The notes: generated by a model not told the origin, from the sequence alone. DNA of 64,000 bases from Eledone cirrhosa (GCA_964016885.1 OZ024741.1:234236001-234300000); one strand, 5' to 3'; positions 13,800 through 28,293 are shown, numbered from the stretch's first letter. A program made the numbers and translations.

Positions 13800-15750
13800 C
13801 CTGCATGCTTACTCTAATATCGATAAAAGTAGCATAACGTCTAACAACCACATATGTAAGGCAGACAAAATATTGGGTTGGCCAGAAAGATCGTTCGTAC
13901 TTTTAAGCTAAAATAAGACACAAGTTTAAAATCACAAAGCGATTTACTCAATCAATGAAATTCGTTCTAGCATCTTCTGTCATCTTGTGGGCTAAACTGT
14001 TATTTTCTGCGCAAAGAATCTCCTGTTTTCACTGACAAAAAACACTTCTAGGGGAATTTTTACATCATCTCCAGAGTTGAAGGACGTAAAAGTTAACACC
14101 CAGGTAATTCCACCAAATTGAAAGCATAAACTTCTTCGGGTGAATTTCTGATTTGGAGGTTTATTGTGGTGGTTTGCCGCACTTCCCCCATAATCGTTTG
14201 TTCTTCACATTGCTATAGACATACATTTTTCGTCCATTATCACCATTCTCTTCAAAAGGTATTGCTTTCTTCACGTTTCTGCAAAAAATCACAAATAGGA
14301 ATCCGTTGAGCGAGTTTAGCTGCATTCAATCGATTTGGGACCCAAACATTGAGCTATGGTTTTTAACATTCATTTTCGATATTTAGAGAATATCTGCGGT
14401 CATCCTCGTCGTATAATGGGTACTGGTGTCGACTAACTCGTTCATTTTTTTATTGCTAATCTTAGTGGGCTAGCCAGAGCGAGGTGCATCTTGAACCGAA
14501 ACATTTCACGATCGAAATCTTGGAAACACCCACTGGCACACACGTTCCTTAACAGCATCCTCTAGGTATACAGGACATGTCTTCCTGCAGATTTCTGCTG
14601 CTTTCTTGCCTTTGTTTTAAATAAAAAAAGAATGAGCAATCGATAATGTTCATCTTGGCTTTCCATTTTCAGGATGATCCCAAGCAAACACAATAAAACC
14701 TGCCGCTTCGCAAATTTGCATCAAACTACGTTGAGGTGTCAAGTATCTAACGAGTGCACATGCTCAAGGGACAAATTGCAGTTAGCTATTTATTAGAGTG
14801 CTCGAAATTTAGTGTCGACAATAACCGAACGGACTTTTTTGGCCAATCCAATAGTAAAACAGGCAGATTCTAACAGCGTAAATGACGTATCAATCCCACT
14901 AGATCCTACTAGCAAGACAACCTAGGGCCCAAGATAACAACACAAAATAGAAAAATCTAGAACCTTGTGTAACTGCTAAAACTATACAAGAGCACGATAT
15001 TTAAAAAAATATAGTATACAGATGTGACATATCAACTGAAAATGCCAATAAATATTAGGTGGGAGCCACTTCTAACACTTAAAAATGGACTCATTTAGAA
15101 ATGAGAATAAAAAGCCTAGTGCGTCATTTGCAGAATTGATCTGCAAATGACATGATTCGAATGTAAGAGATGATTTAAGATGGTCCATTATCAATTCAGC
15201 TAGCCCATATATGAGGAATGATTGTAGTGTTATTTATGCTCCGTCGAAGCTTTGGAGAATTCCTTATCTGTTAGACCTTCTTTAACCAGAGACAAGAGAT
15301 TATTTCATGTTGTTCGCATAAGATTTTACGAACATTATCTAGACTGAGCCAATTTAGTAAAGCTTAGAGACTTAGACAGGATGGAACACAACACTGTCGT
15401 GATCAACGCTTACAACCACGCGACCGTACGTGAGTGGATCTTTCTCGGGTGGTTGCGATCTTTGCACAACTGAAGCTGTACATGTTATATAGGGTGGATC
15501 CCAAATAATCAACAAACCCTCGGACTTCTTAAACACATGTAAGCACAAGATATTTAAAACTTTCCTCGGAATCTATAGTTAGCTTTGTTCATAACATTTA
15601 ATCTTGCACCCCACTCTTTAACGTGAATTTGACTCGTAACTTCGACACCTCCTAATACTTCATTGCGTTGATATACTGGCATATTCTTCTTGTGGACTGC
15701 CAAGCCGTTCCACTTCCTTTAGATAGCCCTACTAATCCTCCTATAACACC
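13800..15750 (+). mobile_element. Decayed Penelope-like element fragments (GIY-YIG), interrupted by a mariner
   Basis: Broken reading LCNC..NIVYRCDISTENANKY*VGAT..SFRNE..LRWSII and CDLCTTEA..CKHKIFKTFLGIYS*, parallel to the 20503-20982 ORF. Confidence 0.7.
13873..14851 (-). mobile_element. Mariner transposon, internally deleted, transposase pseudogene
   Basis: TIRs TTGGGTTGGCCAGAAAGATCGTTCG / CGAACGGACTTTTTTGGCCAATCCAA with TA TSD. Minus strand reads MESQDEHYRLLILF..KGKKAAEIC..QDAPRSG and WVPNRL (WVPHEL motif). Confidence 0.9.
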
Positions 15751-15778
15751 TCCATTCATTAGTCACATTGATTCATTA

Positions 15779-15963
15779 GTGGATTGACAGTATCGGTAGA
15801 GGGTCGGACGCCATGCTTTCCAGCATAGTTACGTCCCTTTACGATCTGAGTTCAAATCCCGCCGAGGTTGACTTTGCCTTTCATCCTTACGGGGTCGATA
15901 AAATAAAGTACCAGTAATGCACTGGGTAATTGCTGCCTTGTGTCTAAAGTAGAAACAATTATT
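15779..15963 (+). mobile_element. tRNA-derived SINE; further copies at 18535-18643 (+), 25171-25362 (-), 32292-32397 (+), 40420-40580 (-), 41975-42110 (+), 52955-53080 (+)
   Basis: B-box GAGTTCAAATCC, shared core GACTTTGCCTTTCATCCTTACGGGGTCGATAAAATAAAGTACCAG, and an ATT-repeat tail. Confidence 0.85.
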
Positions 15964-17023
15964 CGCTAAACACTATCCACCCACTCTGAGAAAAATATTT
16001 CCCCCTCCCACCACCACCACGCCTACGGGTATTACATCTGCCATGTACGCGTGTATGAGGCAGAGTCTGCCTGTAGTCGCATATTTGCATAGCTGCGTGT
16101 AACGAACTGCTTTGCAGCCATGTACTTCCGTACTTAGATATGATGGCGTATAACAATTGCATGTATACATGTTTGATGATATATACATGTATGTATGTGC
16201 GAATGCACATGTTGTCTATGCGCGTGAATGTGCGAACGCGCGTTTTTATACATATTTTTAAACCTAACTCGAACACACTGCCACAGAAACTTTTGTATAT
16301 TCTACCTATACACACCGCACACACCCTTCCCCCCATATACACCACAGAAGAGCTAGTCAAACTTCTTTGAGTTTAAATTTTGCGCCAGCAAGACAGCACT
16401 TATACAAAAGTACGTATACAAAAATAAGAAGAAAATTAATTATAGATTTAACTGCCTACTTTATGACCCCTTGTAAACCGAAGCTGATGACCAGATTTAG
16501 TTATTTGACTCTTTTTGTCCAGCAACCTACTTCCACTACCTACCACTACAAAGCTATGTCCCCCCACCCAGGGCACTTCAGGTTTGGAGGGGTCGCTTAT
16601 ACACACAAAAATTACAATACACAGCAACCCCTCAATTTTACATATCAAAGTCGGCTTGGTGCAAGTAATTGGAATTGAAAATTTATACATGCAGGCAGTG
16701 GCGGACTGGTCAGGTTGCCAGGTTACCCAATGGCAAGTGGGCCCCAATGGCCCCACGGTAATATGGCAAGAGCCTACAGCATTGCAGGGCCCACTGTAGT
16801 ATTTTAGGGGCCAATGCTTTGCTTTAAAAAAAATACCTGAAATCAAAGAAAAAGAATAAATTTAAAAAAGAAACAATTAAGCAAAGCATTGGTCAACCAA
16901 TTCCCCAGGGAATTACTAGTAACCAAAATATACGATAGTGCAAATAGCTGGAATCAGTGGTTGTACATTCTACTAAATCTAAAGCTTGGATGCAAACATA
17001 CATATATAGACACAGACACACGA

Positions 17024-17057
<34 letters not shown>

Positions 17058-17163
17058 AATAGAATGAAACGAAATTTCATTTCTCACTCTTAGTACGGCA
17101 CTTACTTAAATGTAAGTATGTATGTATACGTACATACATATATGTATACAGACGTACAGTAGC

Positions 17164-17231
<68 letters not shown>

Positions 17232-17378
17232 GCACACATATATATATGCACGTATCAGTTTACCGAACATTTATTATAATGTTCGCTTTGTTCGTTTGTA
17301 AATAAACGAACAGCCTGATTTACGCCGTACAGTGTTTAGGCAACCACGTCACCTTTTTGTTCAACACTGACACAGGAA

Positions 17379-17419
17379 CGATGTACTAGTTTCAAGCTTG
17401 TTAGCTATCGTCAGCACCG
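17379..17419 (-). ncRNA. Minimal type I hammerhead ribozyme
   Basis: Minus strand: CGGUG CUGACGA U AGCU AACA AGCU U GAAA CUAG UA|CAUCG. Confidence 0.85.
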
Positions 17420-17494
17420 TATACCTTTCTGCCAGATGGTTGAACGTCCGAAAGTATATACTTTCCTTATGAAAATTAACGGCTGAGCAGCCTA

Positions 17495-17502
17495 ATTTGC
17501 AT
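17495..17502. promoter_or_regulatory. Octamer motif ATTTGCAT, conserved in both retrozyme-like copies (also 50572-50579)
   Basis: Exact octamer about 70-75 nt upstream (minus sense) of the hammerhead in both copies. Function is inferred only. Confidence 0.35.
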
Positions 17503-17653
17503 ATCGAGTGAGTTCAGTCGGCCAGGCGCACCGAAAACGATAAATGGAATAGAATGAAACGAAATTTCATTTCTCACTCTTAGTACGGCACTTACTTAAA
17601 TGTAAGTATGTGTGTATACGTACATACATATATGTATACAGACGTACAGTAGC

Positions 17654-17802
<149 letters not shown>

Positions 17803-17970
17803 TATATATACATACAGGCACACATATATATATGCACGTATCAGTTTACAGAACATTTATTATAATGTTCGCTTTGTTCGTTTGTAAACAAACGAACAGC
17901 CTGATTTACGCCGAACATTATAATAAATGTTCGGTAAACTGATACGTGCATATATATATATGTGTGCTTG

Positions 17971-18189
<219 letters not shown>

Positions 18190-18241
18190 GCTACTGTACG
18201 TCTGTATACATATATGTATGTACGTATACATACATACTTAC

Positions 18242-18293
<52 letters not shown>

Positions 18294-18398
18294 TCTTACA
18301 CACGAACTACTGACCAAATAATATTTGGTATCAATGGGTTAAAGACATCTGTAAAATCAATTAGTGGTGTAGGTAGTATATATATAGATAGATAGATA

Positions 18399-18491
<93 letters not shown>

Positions 18492-18518
18492 GTATATTGA
18501 GTGAGTGTGAAAGACCAA

Positions 18519-18854
18519 AGGTCATTATTGAAAAATCCCGCCGAGGTTAACTTTGCCTTTCATCCTTACGGGGTCGATAAAATAAAGTACCAGTAATACA
18601 CTGATATAATTGGTGGCCTTTTGCCAAAAGTAGAAATAATTATTGAAAGTCTCTGGATTTCGCAAAATACATATCTTTTATTGGAGAAGGTAAGATATTT
18701 TTCCTCAAAAATTTGATTGCACTGTTTTGTTTCCACTTATGTATTTTTTGAAAATGTTATTTATTCATTATAAAAATTAAATGATAGCATTTTATATGTA
18801 GGTGAGCGCCCTTGATCTGGCAACCAATATTTTTAGACCTTGTCCGCCAGTGTG

Positions 18855-18926
<72 letters not shown>

Positions 18927-19650
18927 TATGTATACATAATGCCAATCATTGTAAGTTTGAATCTAATTGACATGCAAAAACATATATTTAGGAATAAGGT
19001 AAGCCCAAATCATAGTAGATTCAAATATCACAGAGCGAAAGAGAGAGAGGGGGGCAGGAGAAATGAGGTTTAAAAGAAATGAAACATGCATTACAGGTTA
19101 AAATATAGTCTAGATAGATGTGAAACAAAACGAGGATGTAGTTTATGGAACACCCAAATGATTTAGAAGTCGACCTTAAGTAGGAGCAATAAAATTAAGA
19201 AAGACATGAACGACACCACAACACTTTGTTTTAAAAATTTTGAAAGTAGGTTTATGAATATGAATTTTCATAAGATTTTTCGCAGTTGTTTCTGTGGGCT
19301 AGCGGTAGGTGCTAGAGACGGTGGAGATCCTGGTCAAGAGGAACATGTAAACGTTTTCAGTTTTTATTTTACAAACAATAGAAAAAAACTGTAAAGGTTT
19401 ACCGGGAACATTGCACCCAACCAGGATCACCACTGTCTATGATTCCTATAACTAGGCCACCGAGACAGCTACAAGAGTATAATGAAAATTGATAATTATA
19501 AACCTACTTTCAAAATAAAAGTTAAAAAGATGTGGTTTTGTTCGTGGCTTTCCATAGTCATATTTAGGGTCGGCTTGTCAATCTTCTGGCTCTTTGGTAA
19601 CAACCTTATTATTCATATGTCTGTTTAACTGTTGAATTAATTTAATTTGA
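18519..19650 (+). repeat. Extra internal copies of the hAT element's right-hand part
   Basis: 18938-19590 matches 25377-26040, and 18519-18852 matches 26042-26265 including a decayed TIR GTCCGCCAGTG. Confidence 0.8.
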
Positions 19651-19665
19651 TTATTTTAGCAAACA

Positions 19666-19703
<38 letters not shown>

Positions 19704-19740
19704 GTGTGTGTGTGTGTGTGAGTATGTATGTATGAATATA

Positions 19741-20460
19741 TCTATATATATAACACTGAGGATGTCTGTGTGTGTGTGTGTGTGTGTGTAAATGTGTGTG
19801 TGAGTATGTATGAATATATCTATATATATAACACTGAGGATGTCTGTCTGTGTGTGTGTGAGTTTGAATCCCTAAAACTCGAGAACCACTCAACCGACAG
19901 TTTTCAAACTTTACATATGTAATACTTATGTTTCAGGGAATGTTCTGAGCAAAAAGAATTTCAAATTTTCAATGTCCTAAGGACCGCATTAGGCGATTTA
20001 GCGATCTCTCTCTATAATTCTTAGTCTTTCTCTTTTTAGATAGATACATACATATAACGTCGCGCCCTTATAACATCTGTCTGTATGTCTGGCTGTCTGT
20101 ATTACGTCACTTCGCTGAGGATGTATGTGTATGTGTGTGTGTGTGTCTGTGAGTTTGAATTCCTAAAACTCGAGAAGTACCCAACCGATATTTTTCAAAT
20201 TTTACATGTGTATTACTTATGTTTGAGGGAGTGATATGCACATAAAAAAATTCAACATTTTGATCTCCCAGGGCCCGCATTAGGTGAAAAACTGCATTTT
20301 AAAAGCTTTTTAGGGCTTTTTGGAGGCGCTACGTCTAGCCGATTTTTCCCGAAATTTCAAGGCATATTATGCACATTAAAAAAATTCATTTTCTTGATCC
20401 CCTAGGGCCCGCATTAGGTGAAAACCTGCATTTTTCCTGCTTCACCGAGGAAAATCTTAG
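19741..20460 (+). mobile_element. Helitron 5' region with internal tandem subrepeats
   Basis: Starts TCTATATATATAACACTGAGGATGTCTGT. Homologous to the 5' part of the 2435-3385 element. Confidence 0.65.
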
Positions 20461-20502
20461 ATTATCCAGCCATCAGAGTATTCGGTTTATTTTCTTTACA
20501 TA

Positions 20503-20982
20503 TTGCCCAGGCATGCAGTTGCCAATAACACTGTAAATAATCTTAATAGTAAATGCAACTGCCCTATTAGAACTAATTGTCCTCTTAGTAATTTCTGTCT
20601 CGATAAAAACCTAATATATGAATGTAAAGTGGTAACTAGTACCAATACCTATACCTACATTGGCTCTACCTCTACCTCTTTTAAAGCAAGATTCTACAAT
20701 CATTCTTCTTCATTTAAATATCCACTTAAAAGGACCAGCACCGCACTCTCAGAGCTTATTTGGTCCTTAAAAGACAAAAACATTAATTACGAAATTTCTT
20801 GGCGTAAAATCTACAACGCATCTCCATACTCCAATGCTTCCATATCTAGTGTTTGTAATTTATGCCTAGTTGAAATATTTACCATTATCTCGAATTTCAA
20901 CTCTATAATAAATAGAAGAACAGATTTATTTGGTCTTTGTAATCATAAATCCTTCAAAACCTTTCACAAAGTATATAGCTAA
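20503..20982 (+). pseudogene. Penelope-like GIY-YIG endonuclease domain (truncated ORF)
   Basis: CNCPIRTNCPLSNFC, NLIYECKV..YTYIGST, FKARFYNH, CNLCLVE..CNH. Confidence 0.9.
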
Positions 20983-21801
20983 TGTCCTATAACATATTCC
21001 ACGAATAACGGTTAATTTTATTACGCATATTTTTTTACACATATTTTTTACACATATATCATTATATTTTACAATGTATTAATTCAGTTTTCTCAGCATA
21101 TTTTAAGCCTTTGACCTTTTTTCGATAGCCTTAAATTTTCGTTCAAATCTTCGTAGATTTTGTACATAAACTATGACGTCATATGTTTTTCTACGTTTAT
21201 AAATCATTCTAGCAATTTCCTTTATTTACTTGTTGATATTAAATAATAATTAAATAGTATACCCCCACATATATAGATTTTTAACAGAAATTTTTTATTT
21301 TGACATAGACTATTTTTTTTTTATTGTATTTTATTTTATTTTATTTTTTAAATCTTTTTTATACTTATTTTAATTTAATTTTATTTTATTTTATTAATAC
21401 ATTTTTACACTTCTTAATCCAATTTTTAGTATTTAAACCCAATATAAAATAATATACCCAGTTTCTATATTTTAGACCTCTAATATTCGCACATACACCT
21501 ATAATATTCACACATACTATAATATTCGCACATACACCTCATCAATTTACTTTTTAGCCGTTATTTACATTTTGACAGCGTTCCTGATCAAAAGTCTCTC
21601 TCTCTCTCTCTCTTTCTCTCTCTTCCTTCTTTCTTTTTTCCTTTTTTTTCCTCTCTTCTATTTCTTTTTCCTTTTTCTCCTTCTTCTTTCCTTTTCTTCT
21701 ATTTTCCTATCTTTTTCTTACTCTTATATTTCTGTCATATATAGACTGAACACTTTCTTGTTGACATGTGTTTTTTAGGCCTCATATCATGTTACCTTAT
21801 T

Positions 21802-21863
21802 TTATCTAATGAGAACACAATTTTTGTCCCAGGATGATGTTGTTTTCGAAATACGCATAATAA
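21802..21863 (+). ncRNA. Degenerate type I hammerhead ribozyme (G5A) in a Penelope pLTR
   Basis: UUAU CUAAUGA GAACACAA..UUGUUUUC GAAA UACGCA UA|AUAA. Confidence 0.65.
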
Positions 21864-21982
21864 TGGAACTTCTTTAACCATCTTTTAATTTTTTCTTTAA
21901 TATATACTCCAGTTCTACCAACTGTTGAGTGTTACTTATCTGATATATGCATAGTTTTATTGTTCTACAATATTACTCACCT

Positions 21983-22154
<172 letters not shown>

Positions 22155-22405
22155 GTGTGTATATATATGTAATACCTATGATGGCTAGTAGATCACTGAT
22201 GAAGAATAGTCCCGGCTTCTCTTTCTAATTTTTACTTCATATGTATCACATTCGCAACAACACAGCACGCCCTTTTTCATTCATCATTATATATATATAT
22301 ATATATATATAAAACGAAGGAAATGTGGTAAGGAACCAGGTGGACCATAACGCACCAAAGTACTCAATACTTAGGGTAGTAGAGTGGGTAATAGGAACGA
22401 GTAGG

Positions 22406-22501
22406 ACCCCGACGGCTGAGCTCAAGCCGTTTCGACGGCTAATTCTGGAATAAATAAAACATTTTATCCTGGTATTTGAATAGCCGAGCTTCTCAGGGGG
22501 T
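22406..22501 (-). ncRNA. Type I hammerhead ribozyme in a Penelope pLTR (C3-A8 mismatch)
   Basis: Minus strand: ACCCC CUGAGAA G CUCGGCUA..UAGCCGUC GAAA CGGCU UGAGCUC AGCCG UC|GGGGU. Confidence 0.8.
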
Positions 22502-23606
22502 AATTCCATATATGGTAAAAGTGATTGTCACAAGGATTGGTCAAAAGTTTGTTGTTGAGACATAATAATTCTATCATGGCAATTTGTGGAGGGAAGGGGT
22601 AGCTGAACCTGCCAGTAGAAGAAAGAGGGAGATGGGGTGGAGGAAACCCAGTCGTGGTGCGTTGATAGTGCCAACTACAGCTGGGCATGAGGTCAAAGAA
22701 GATACTAGGGAGGGGGAAGTCGAAACAATAAGTAAAACAATATGGGGTAAATATATAGAGAAATACCGAGAGTGTTAAAAAACAATTAAATGTAAAAAAA
22801 AAAAAAAAAAACAATTTCTGGTTACTATAACCTAAGGACAGCTATCAAGTCTCTCATTGGTACTGCTAGACTAAAGAAAGGTTTACTAGGTGGGACGGAA
22901 TTATAATGAGACCCTTTTAAGAGGTATAAGTAAACAACCGAATATATCTTACGTGGGGGGGCCAAAATACTAAAGAAACTACCACGAAATAATAATTCAG
23001 AGTCCCGAGACCAGTACGAAATAGAGGTTTCTACCCCAGGCACAAGGCCAGCAACCACACAGTGCAAAAAAAATAAACTAATACGAAATAATAATTCAGA
23101 ATCCCGAAAAAGAAAACTAATACTATCTCTAACGGTGCCGCCACGATACAAAAATTCTAGTGCAAACTACATCAATGCTCGTACGAAGTATATGTAAAAT
23201 ATGATACCGAAAATTAATTCAGACCCCCCCCCCCCCAAAAAAAAATACTGATATACGAGAAATTAAAGCAAAGATACCACTAAGAAATATAGAAAGCACG
23301 GAAAAGGGGCAGCCATCGGTTAAGAAGGTAAGTATCCGGGGTCTAACACATCTGCTATAAAAAGCGGCGTCGGCCAAATCTATCATAGAATAGGGGAAGC
23401 TACAAAGGACCGAGGGGCTGCCTCGGGTGGGCGAGAAAGTAAAAGGACGACTACAAAGAAAGAGGACTGGGGTGGAAGGACTAGGGAGGGATAGGGGAAG
23501 AAGGAAATATAGAGGAAGTGATAAAAAGATATAAAAGAAGATCTTAGGTCTACCTTTGCAAGCAGGGGTTACCCATTACAAAATCGGTAAGTGGGGTGTT
23601 ATAGCC

Positions 23607-24440
23607 CTAGTCTACCCGCCCCCGGTCATTATGGGGTTTGAGGGCGAGGTAAGTCCTACGCAATCTGTGTTTACATGCAGTTACCAGTTCATCTTTCTTG
23701 TTTAGGAGTTGGTCCGTCGAAAACAACATTTGTAAAGTTTCCTCCGAGCATAAATTGCACGGACGGCGTCCTCCCGTGTAAGAGTTGGCTCTGGACAGTA
23801 AGCTCCAAGTGAGATCATAGGTAATATTGTTATCCTTGAGGTCCCATATGTGGCCCGAAAGTGTAGTGGCGTGACGCCGGGCCGGGTTTCGGAAGGTATG
23901 TCTGTGTTGGTATAGCCGGGTCTTGAAGTCACATGCGGTTAATCCTATATAAGCTTTGTTGGCGGTGTCCGTCCTCACGTTACACTGGTAGATCACATTA
24001 CGATCTCTGCATCTGTTGTCGAGGGGGAAAATGGATCCATCAGGACAGTTGCACCTCCTGGTCGGCTCTCCATTGCTATTTAGGTTATTTCTTCCATAGG
24101 GGTTGAGTTTTTTGTTGTTAGAGGAGACGATGTTTTGTGCAAAGTTTGGTGTGGTGCTGTAGGATAGTTTGATGGTATTTTTGTTAATTATGTTGTGGTA
24201 GCGGTGTTGTAGTGGAAAGTGTTTTTCAATGAGCCTAAAGAAGATTTTCCCGATAGGTGTTGTCACCTCGGCGTTGTGGGGAGGATTGAACCATGTTACG
24301 TTGCGTGAGCGGCGGTGTCGCCTGCTGGTTCCGCTAATGGAAGCTGGAAAGTAGGATATTTCCTCCCGGAAACCTCTCCGCTTGAGGGCCTGGTTGTAAT
24401 AAGGCGCATGTTCCTCGAATATCTGCTCATTAGCTAACAA
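23607..24440 (-). pseudogene. Penelope-like ORF C-terminus: RT thumb/linker plus GIY-YIG endonuclease
   Basis: YYNQALKRRGF, VTWFNPP, NTIKLSYSTTPN, CNC..PLDNRC, NVIYQCNV..AYIGLT, CNLCSEE..CKH. Confidence 0.9.
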
Positions 24441-24480
24441 ACGAGATATGCGGAGGGAGATGTTTTTAACCAGGTTATTG

Positions 24481-25160
24481 GTGAAAACCTTTTGTTATTA
24501 TGCTGCATAACTGCGACACTCGCCGACCCTCTCGCAATGTAGAACAACCACCGCGAAAGTCTAGCTGAAGACATCCTCCACCGCACACGCAGACACAATC
24601 CGAACGTAACATACTATGTCGTTTTCAATGAGGCGCTCATTTGTCTTGAAAAAGTGTCCTGGAGATGGGTGGTAGGCCTCTAAGTCACTACAGCTTACCT
24701 GCTCCTGACAGGAGTGTCCAGAGGTTAACGTCTACAGAGCTTCTCCGCGAGACGAGCTACGAGATCAGTGATTCTCCCATGGTCAATTGTATGTAGTATG
24801 CTCTAGCTCGCCAAACAATCTCTTCATCTTTGCTACGGAGGGTCGAACAAAAAATATTGTATACTCTGAGGCTCAAACAATGTAATTTAAATATTTTCTG
24901 TTACTTGGAATTTCCATTATGGTTGTACAAATTATTGTTTGTTAAAAAATGTGTTCTCTGTTCAGCCTTTATTGCTGTAACTATCAATTTTCTTTAACGT
25001 TCTAGCTGCTGAACTGGGGAATCCTAAGCACGTTACCCCCCCCCCCCCCCTCGTTGACTTGAGAGGGCGTGCGGTATCTTTGCACTAGAGTGTAGGGGGA
25101 TTCATGAAAAGATAAAATGCCGGTATACCTAGCCGGGCGCCAGCCGGACGGGCCTGCTAG
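24481..25160 (+). mobile_element. Internally deleted Helitron 3' part (RepHel remnant and terminus)
   Basis: Broken reading LAEDILHR..FNEALICLE..LLRETSY joined to FSHGQLYV..TKNIVYSEA (PIF1-helicase C-terminus). GC hairpin and CTAG at 25157-25160 followed by T. Confidence 0.85.
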
Positions 25161-25465
25161 TATATATATATAATTGTTTCTACTTTAGGCACAAGGCCAG
25201 CAAACAACCCAGTGCATTACTGGTACTTTATTTTATCGACCCCTTAAGGGTGAAAGGCAAAGTCAACCTCGGCGGGATTTGAACTCAGATCATAAAGGGA
25301 CGTAACTATGCTGGAAAGCATGGCGTCCGACCCTCTACCGATACTGCCAATCCACCGCCCTTAATGTATATATATGTAATGCCAATCATTGTATGTTTGA
25401 ATCTGACATGCAAAAACATACATATGAATAAAGTAAGCTCAAATCATAGTAGATTCAAATATCAC

Positions 25466-25505
<40 letters not shown>

Positions 25506-27766
25506 GGGGGGCAGGAGAAATGAGGTGCAACAGAAATGAAACATGCATTACAGATTAAAATATAGTCTAGATAGATGTGAAACAAAACGAGGATGTAGTT
25601 TATGGAACACCCAAATGATTTAGAAATCGACCTTAGGTAGGAGCAATAACATTAAGAGATGAACGACACCACAACACCTTGTTTTGAAAATTTTGAAAGT
25701 AGGTTTATAAGTATGAATTTTCATAAGATTTTTGCAGTTGTCTCTGTGGCCTAGCGGTAGGTGCTAGAGACGGTAGAGATCCTGTCCTTTGGTTCAATCC
25801 TGGTCAAGAGGTACTTTTTCAGTTTTTATTTTACAACCAATAGAAAAAAACTGAAAGGTTTACCGGGAACCTTACACCCAACCAGGATCGAACTTCAGGC
25901 CGGAATCACCACTGTCTAAGATTCCTACAACTAGGCCACCGAGACAGCTACAAAAGTATTATGGAAATTGATAATTATAAACCTACTTTCAAAATCTAAG
26001 AGCTTTCCTAGAGCTATTAATAATATTTAGGGTCGACTTCTGGTCATTATTGAAAGTCTCTGGATTTCGCAAAATTCATAATATTTTTTATTGGAGAAGG
26101 TAAAATATTTTTCCACAAAAATTTGATTGCGCTTTTTTGTTTCCACTTATATATTTTTCGAAAATGTCATTTATTCATTATAAAAATTGAATGATAGCAT
26201 TCTATATGTAGGTGGGCCCCCTTCATCTCCTGGCAACCAATATTTTTAGATCCAGTCCGCCACTGCATGCAGGTATTAAATTCAAAACATCTAAATATCC
26301 TCATTTTTCGTCCCCTTTCCACACTGGCATATGTTGGACGGCTTGTCCAAGACCGGACATATCGGAGTGACTTCATCTTGCTCCATTACATATTTGGCAT
26401 GCTTTTTTTATGACTGGATGCCTTTCCTAATATAACTGCTTTAGAGTGTTAACTAGATGCATTGTTTTTGAGAGACTAGCAGAACCACTTTACACAGTTG
26501 ACTAGATATATTCTATCAAGGTACCAACACCAACAATTTACAGGGTGAACTAAGTGCATGTTATCGTGGTACTAGTACTAAAGAGGTCGTCACATGCTTG
26601 GCCAGGCTAAAGCTTTCCCTTAAACACTATATTGTCTCCATTCGTTTACCAAACACTGTAGCCTTCGATCTGTCACCACACTTACTTTTAGTGTCTTACT
26701 TCTTGTACTGGTGGGAATGTCTTTTGTACTATAGTATATTATCGATCAGCTCTGTCCTGTGTCATCTCCTTTATCGGGTTCAGTTTCTTGATGTTATTCT
26801 TCACAACTTCCTCCCATGTTTTCCTTGATCTTCCATTTCATGTGTTTGGCACTTTTTATACATCTCTTGTTATCCTTTTAAATCACATGTCCATATCAGT
26901 GCAATCATCACTCTTATACAGTATATTCAACTAAAATGTTCTCTCAACTGGCTTGTGATGTAGTTCATATACACTAAGATTGCACATCCAGCGAAACTAC
27001 TGCAAATATTCTGACCAGTTATACATAAATCTAACAAGGAAGTCTACATAATTGTAAAAATAGAGGCGTATGTAGAAGCATATACAATATGTTTATGTAT
27101 ATCAAACATACATAAGTCTTACTTTGAATATGTCAAAGCGACCCTGGTAACTATGTGAGAACGCCAAATATTTCAGGGATGCTCAGTTCTTTGAGGACAC
27201 ATCTTTTGATAGCTCTAACATTTTCTAGATTGATTTGATTATCACAGTAAGGATATTAAATTCTTTTTTTTTTTTAAATATAGTCCTCGTTGTCAAAAGG
27301 ATAAAACTAAAAAAAAACAGCAGAGGGCACAAAAACGTTGCTACAGCCGTTGCTGGTGCCTCCTCCAGTTGCAATTTCTTATTTTTCCCCCTCCCAATTA
27401 AATCCGGCCGTGCACCCCTCCCTAACCTGCCGCTTGCCAACGTTTGTTTATCATATGCTCGCTTGTAACCGGATAGCCAACACCGAGCGTATCAAAAATA
27501 AAAACAAAATAACATTATACTCAAACATCTGTCAGATGACAGCACATCAAATAATTGTTTCACAACGACTTTGATATCTTTAAAATGTTCATAACAAGAT
27601 GATATAACAAAACGAAGATTTATATGTGATATCGCCTCTCTTCTTTTTTCATAATATATATATATATATATATATATACATGCGTATAGCTTTAGCGGAA
27701 ATGCTCCACATGCGTATGTATATATATTGGAAAATGTGTCAAATCATACACAGTTAGGTATATTTT

Positions 27767-27939
27767 AAAAAAGGAAAAAGATCACTTCACTTGTAGTTCT
27801 AGACAATTTAATTTAATTTTATATTATAATTTTACAACTTGGTTTTGTAGATCTACAAAACCAAATTGTAAAATTATTATATCATAAAATTAAATTAAAT
27901 GGTTTAAAACTACAAGTGAAGTCATTCTTTTCCTTTTTT

Positions 27940-27940
<1 letters not shown>
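27767..27940. repeat. AT-rich palindrome with no spacer
   Basis: Centre TTGGTTTTGTAGA|TCTACAAAACCAA at 27851/27852, arms of about 85 bp, next to (TA)n. Confidence 0.85.
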
Positions 27941-27993
<53 letters not shown>

Positions 27994-28293
27994 AATGAGT
28001 TATTTAATTTGTTGATTATTCAACAAAGTTAATTTATAACAGATTAGAAGCACTCGACAGCTTTCGTCTGGAATATAATATCAATAAAATTAATAAATGG
28101 AAACTATTTTATAGTGACTATTCACATAGAACACACAACATTACATGTCACTATCTGTAAACCAAATTTTGTATTTTATCTGATGAGTGCGTACCAAAAT
28201 GAAATATATATAATATATATAATCAAATATATATAATATATATAATAAAATAAATATGGTTTTATAAAGATAACTTCCATTTATTAATATTAT

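Larger units (their letters stand above)
22312..24480 (-). mobile_element. 5'-truncated Penelope-like element ending in (TA)n
   Basis: ORF 24440-23607, about 1.1 kb UTR, hammerhead at 22501-22406, and a ~95-nt tail shared with 7019-7097 and 29821-29912. Confidence 0.9.

Noticed and set aside
15779-15880. tRNA-like A/B boxes
   Set aside because: This is a SINE head; no cloverleaf can be folded.
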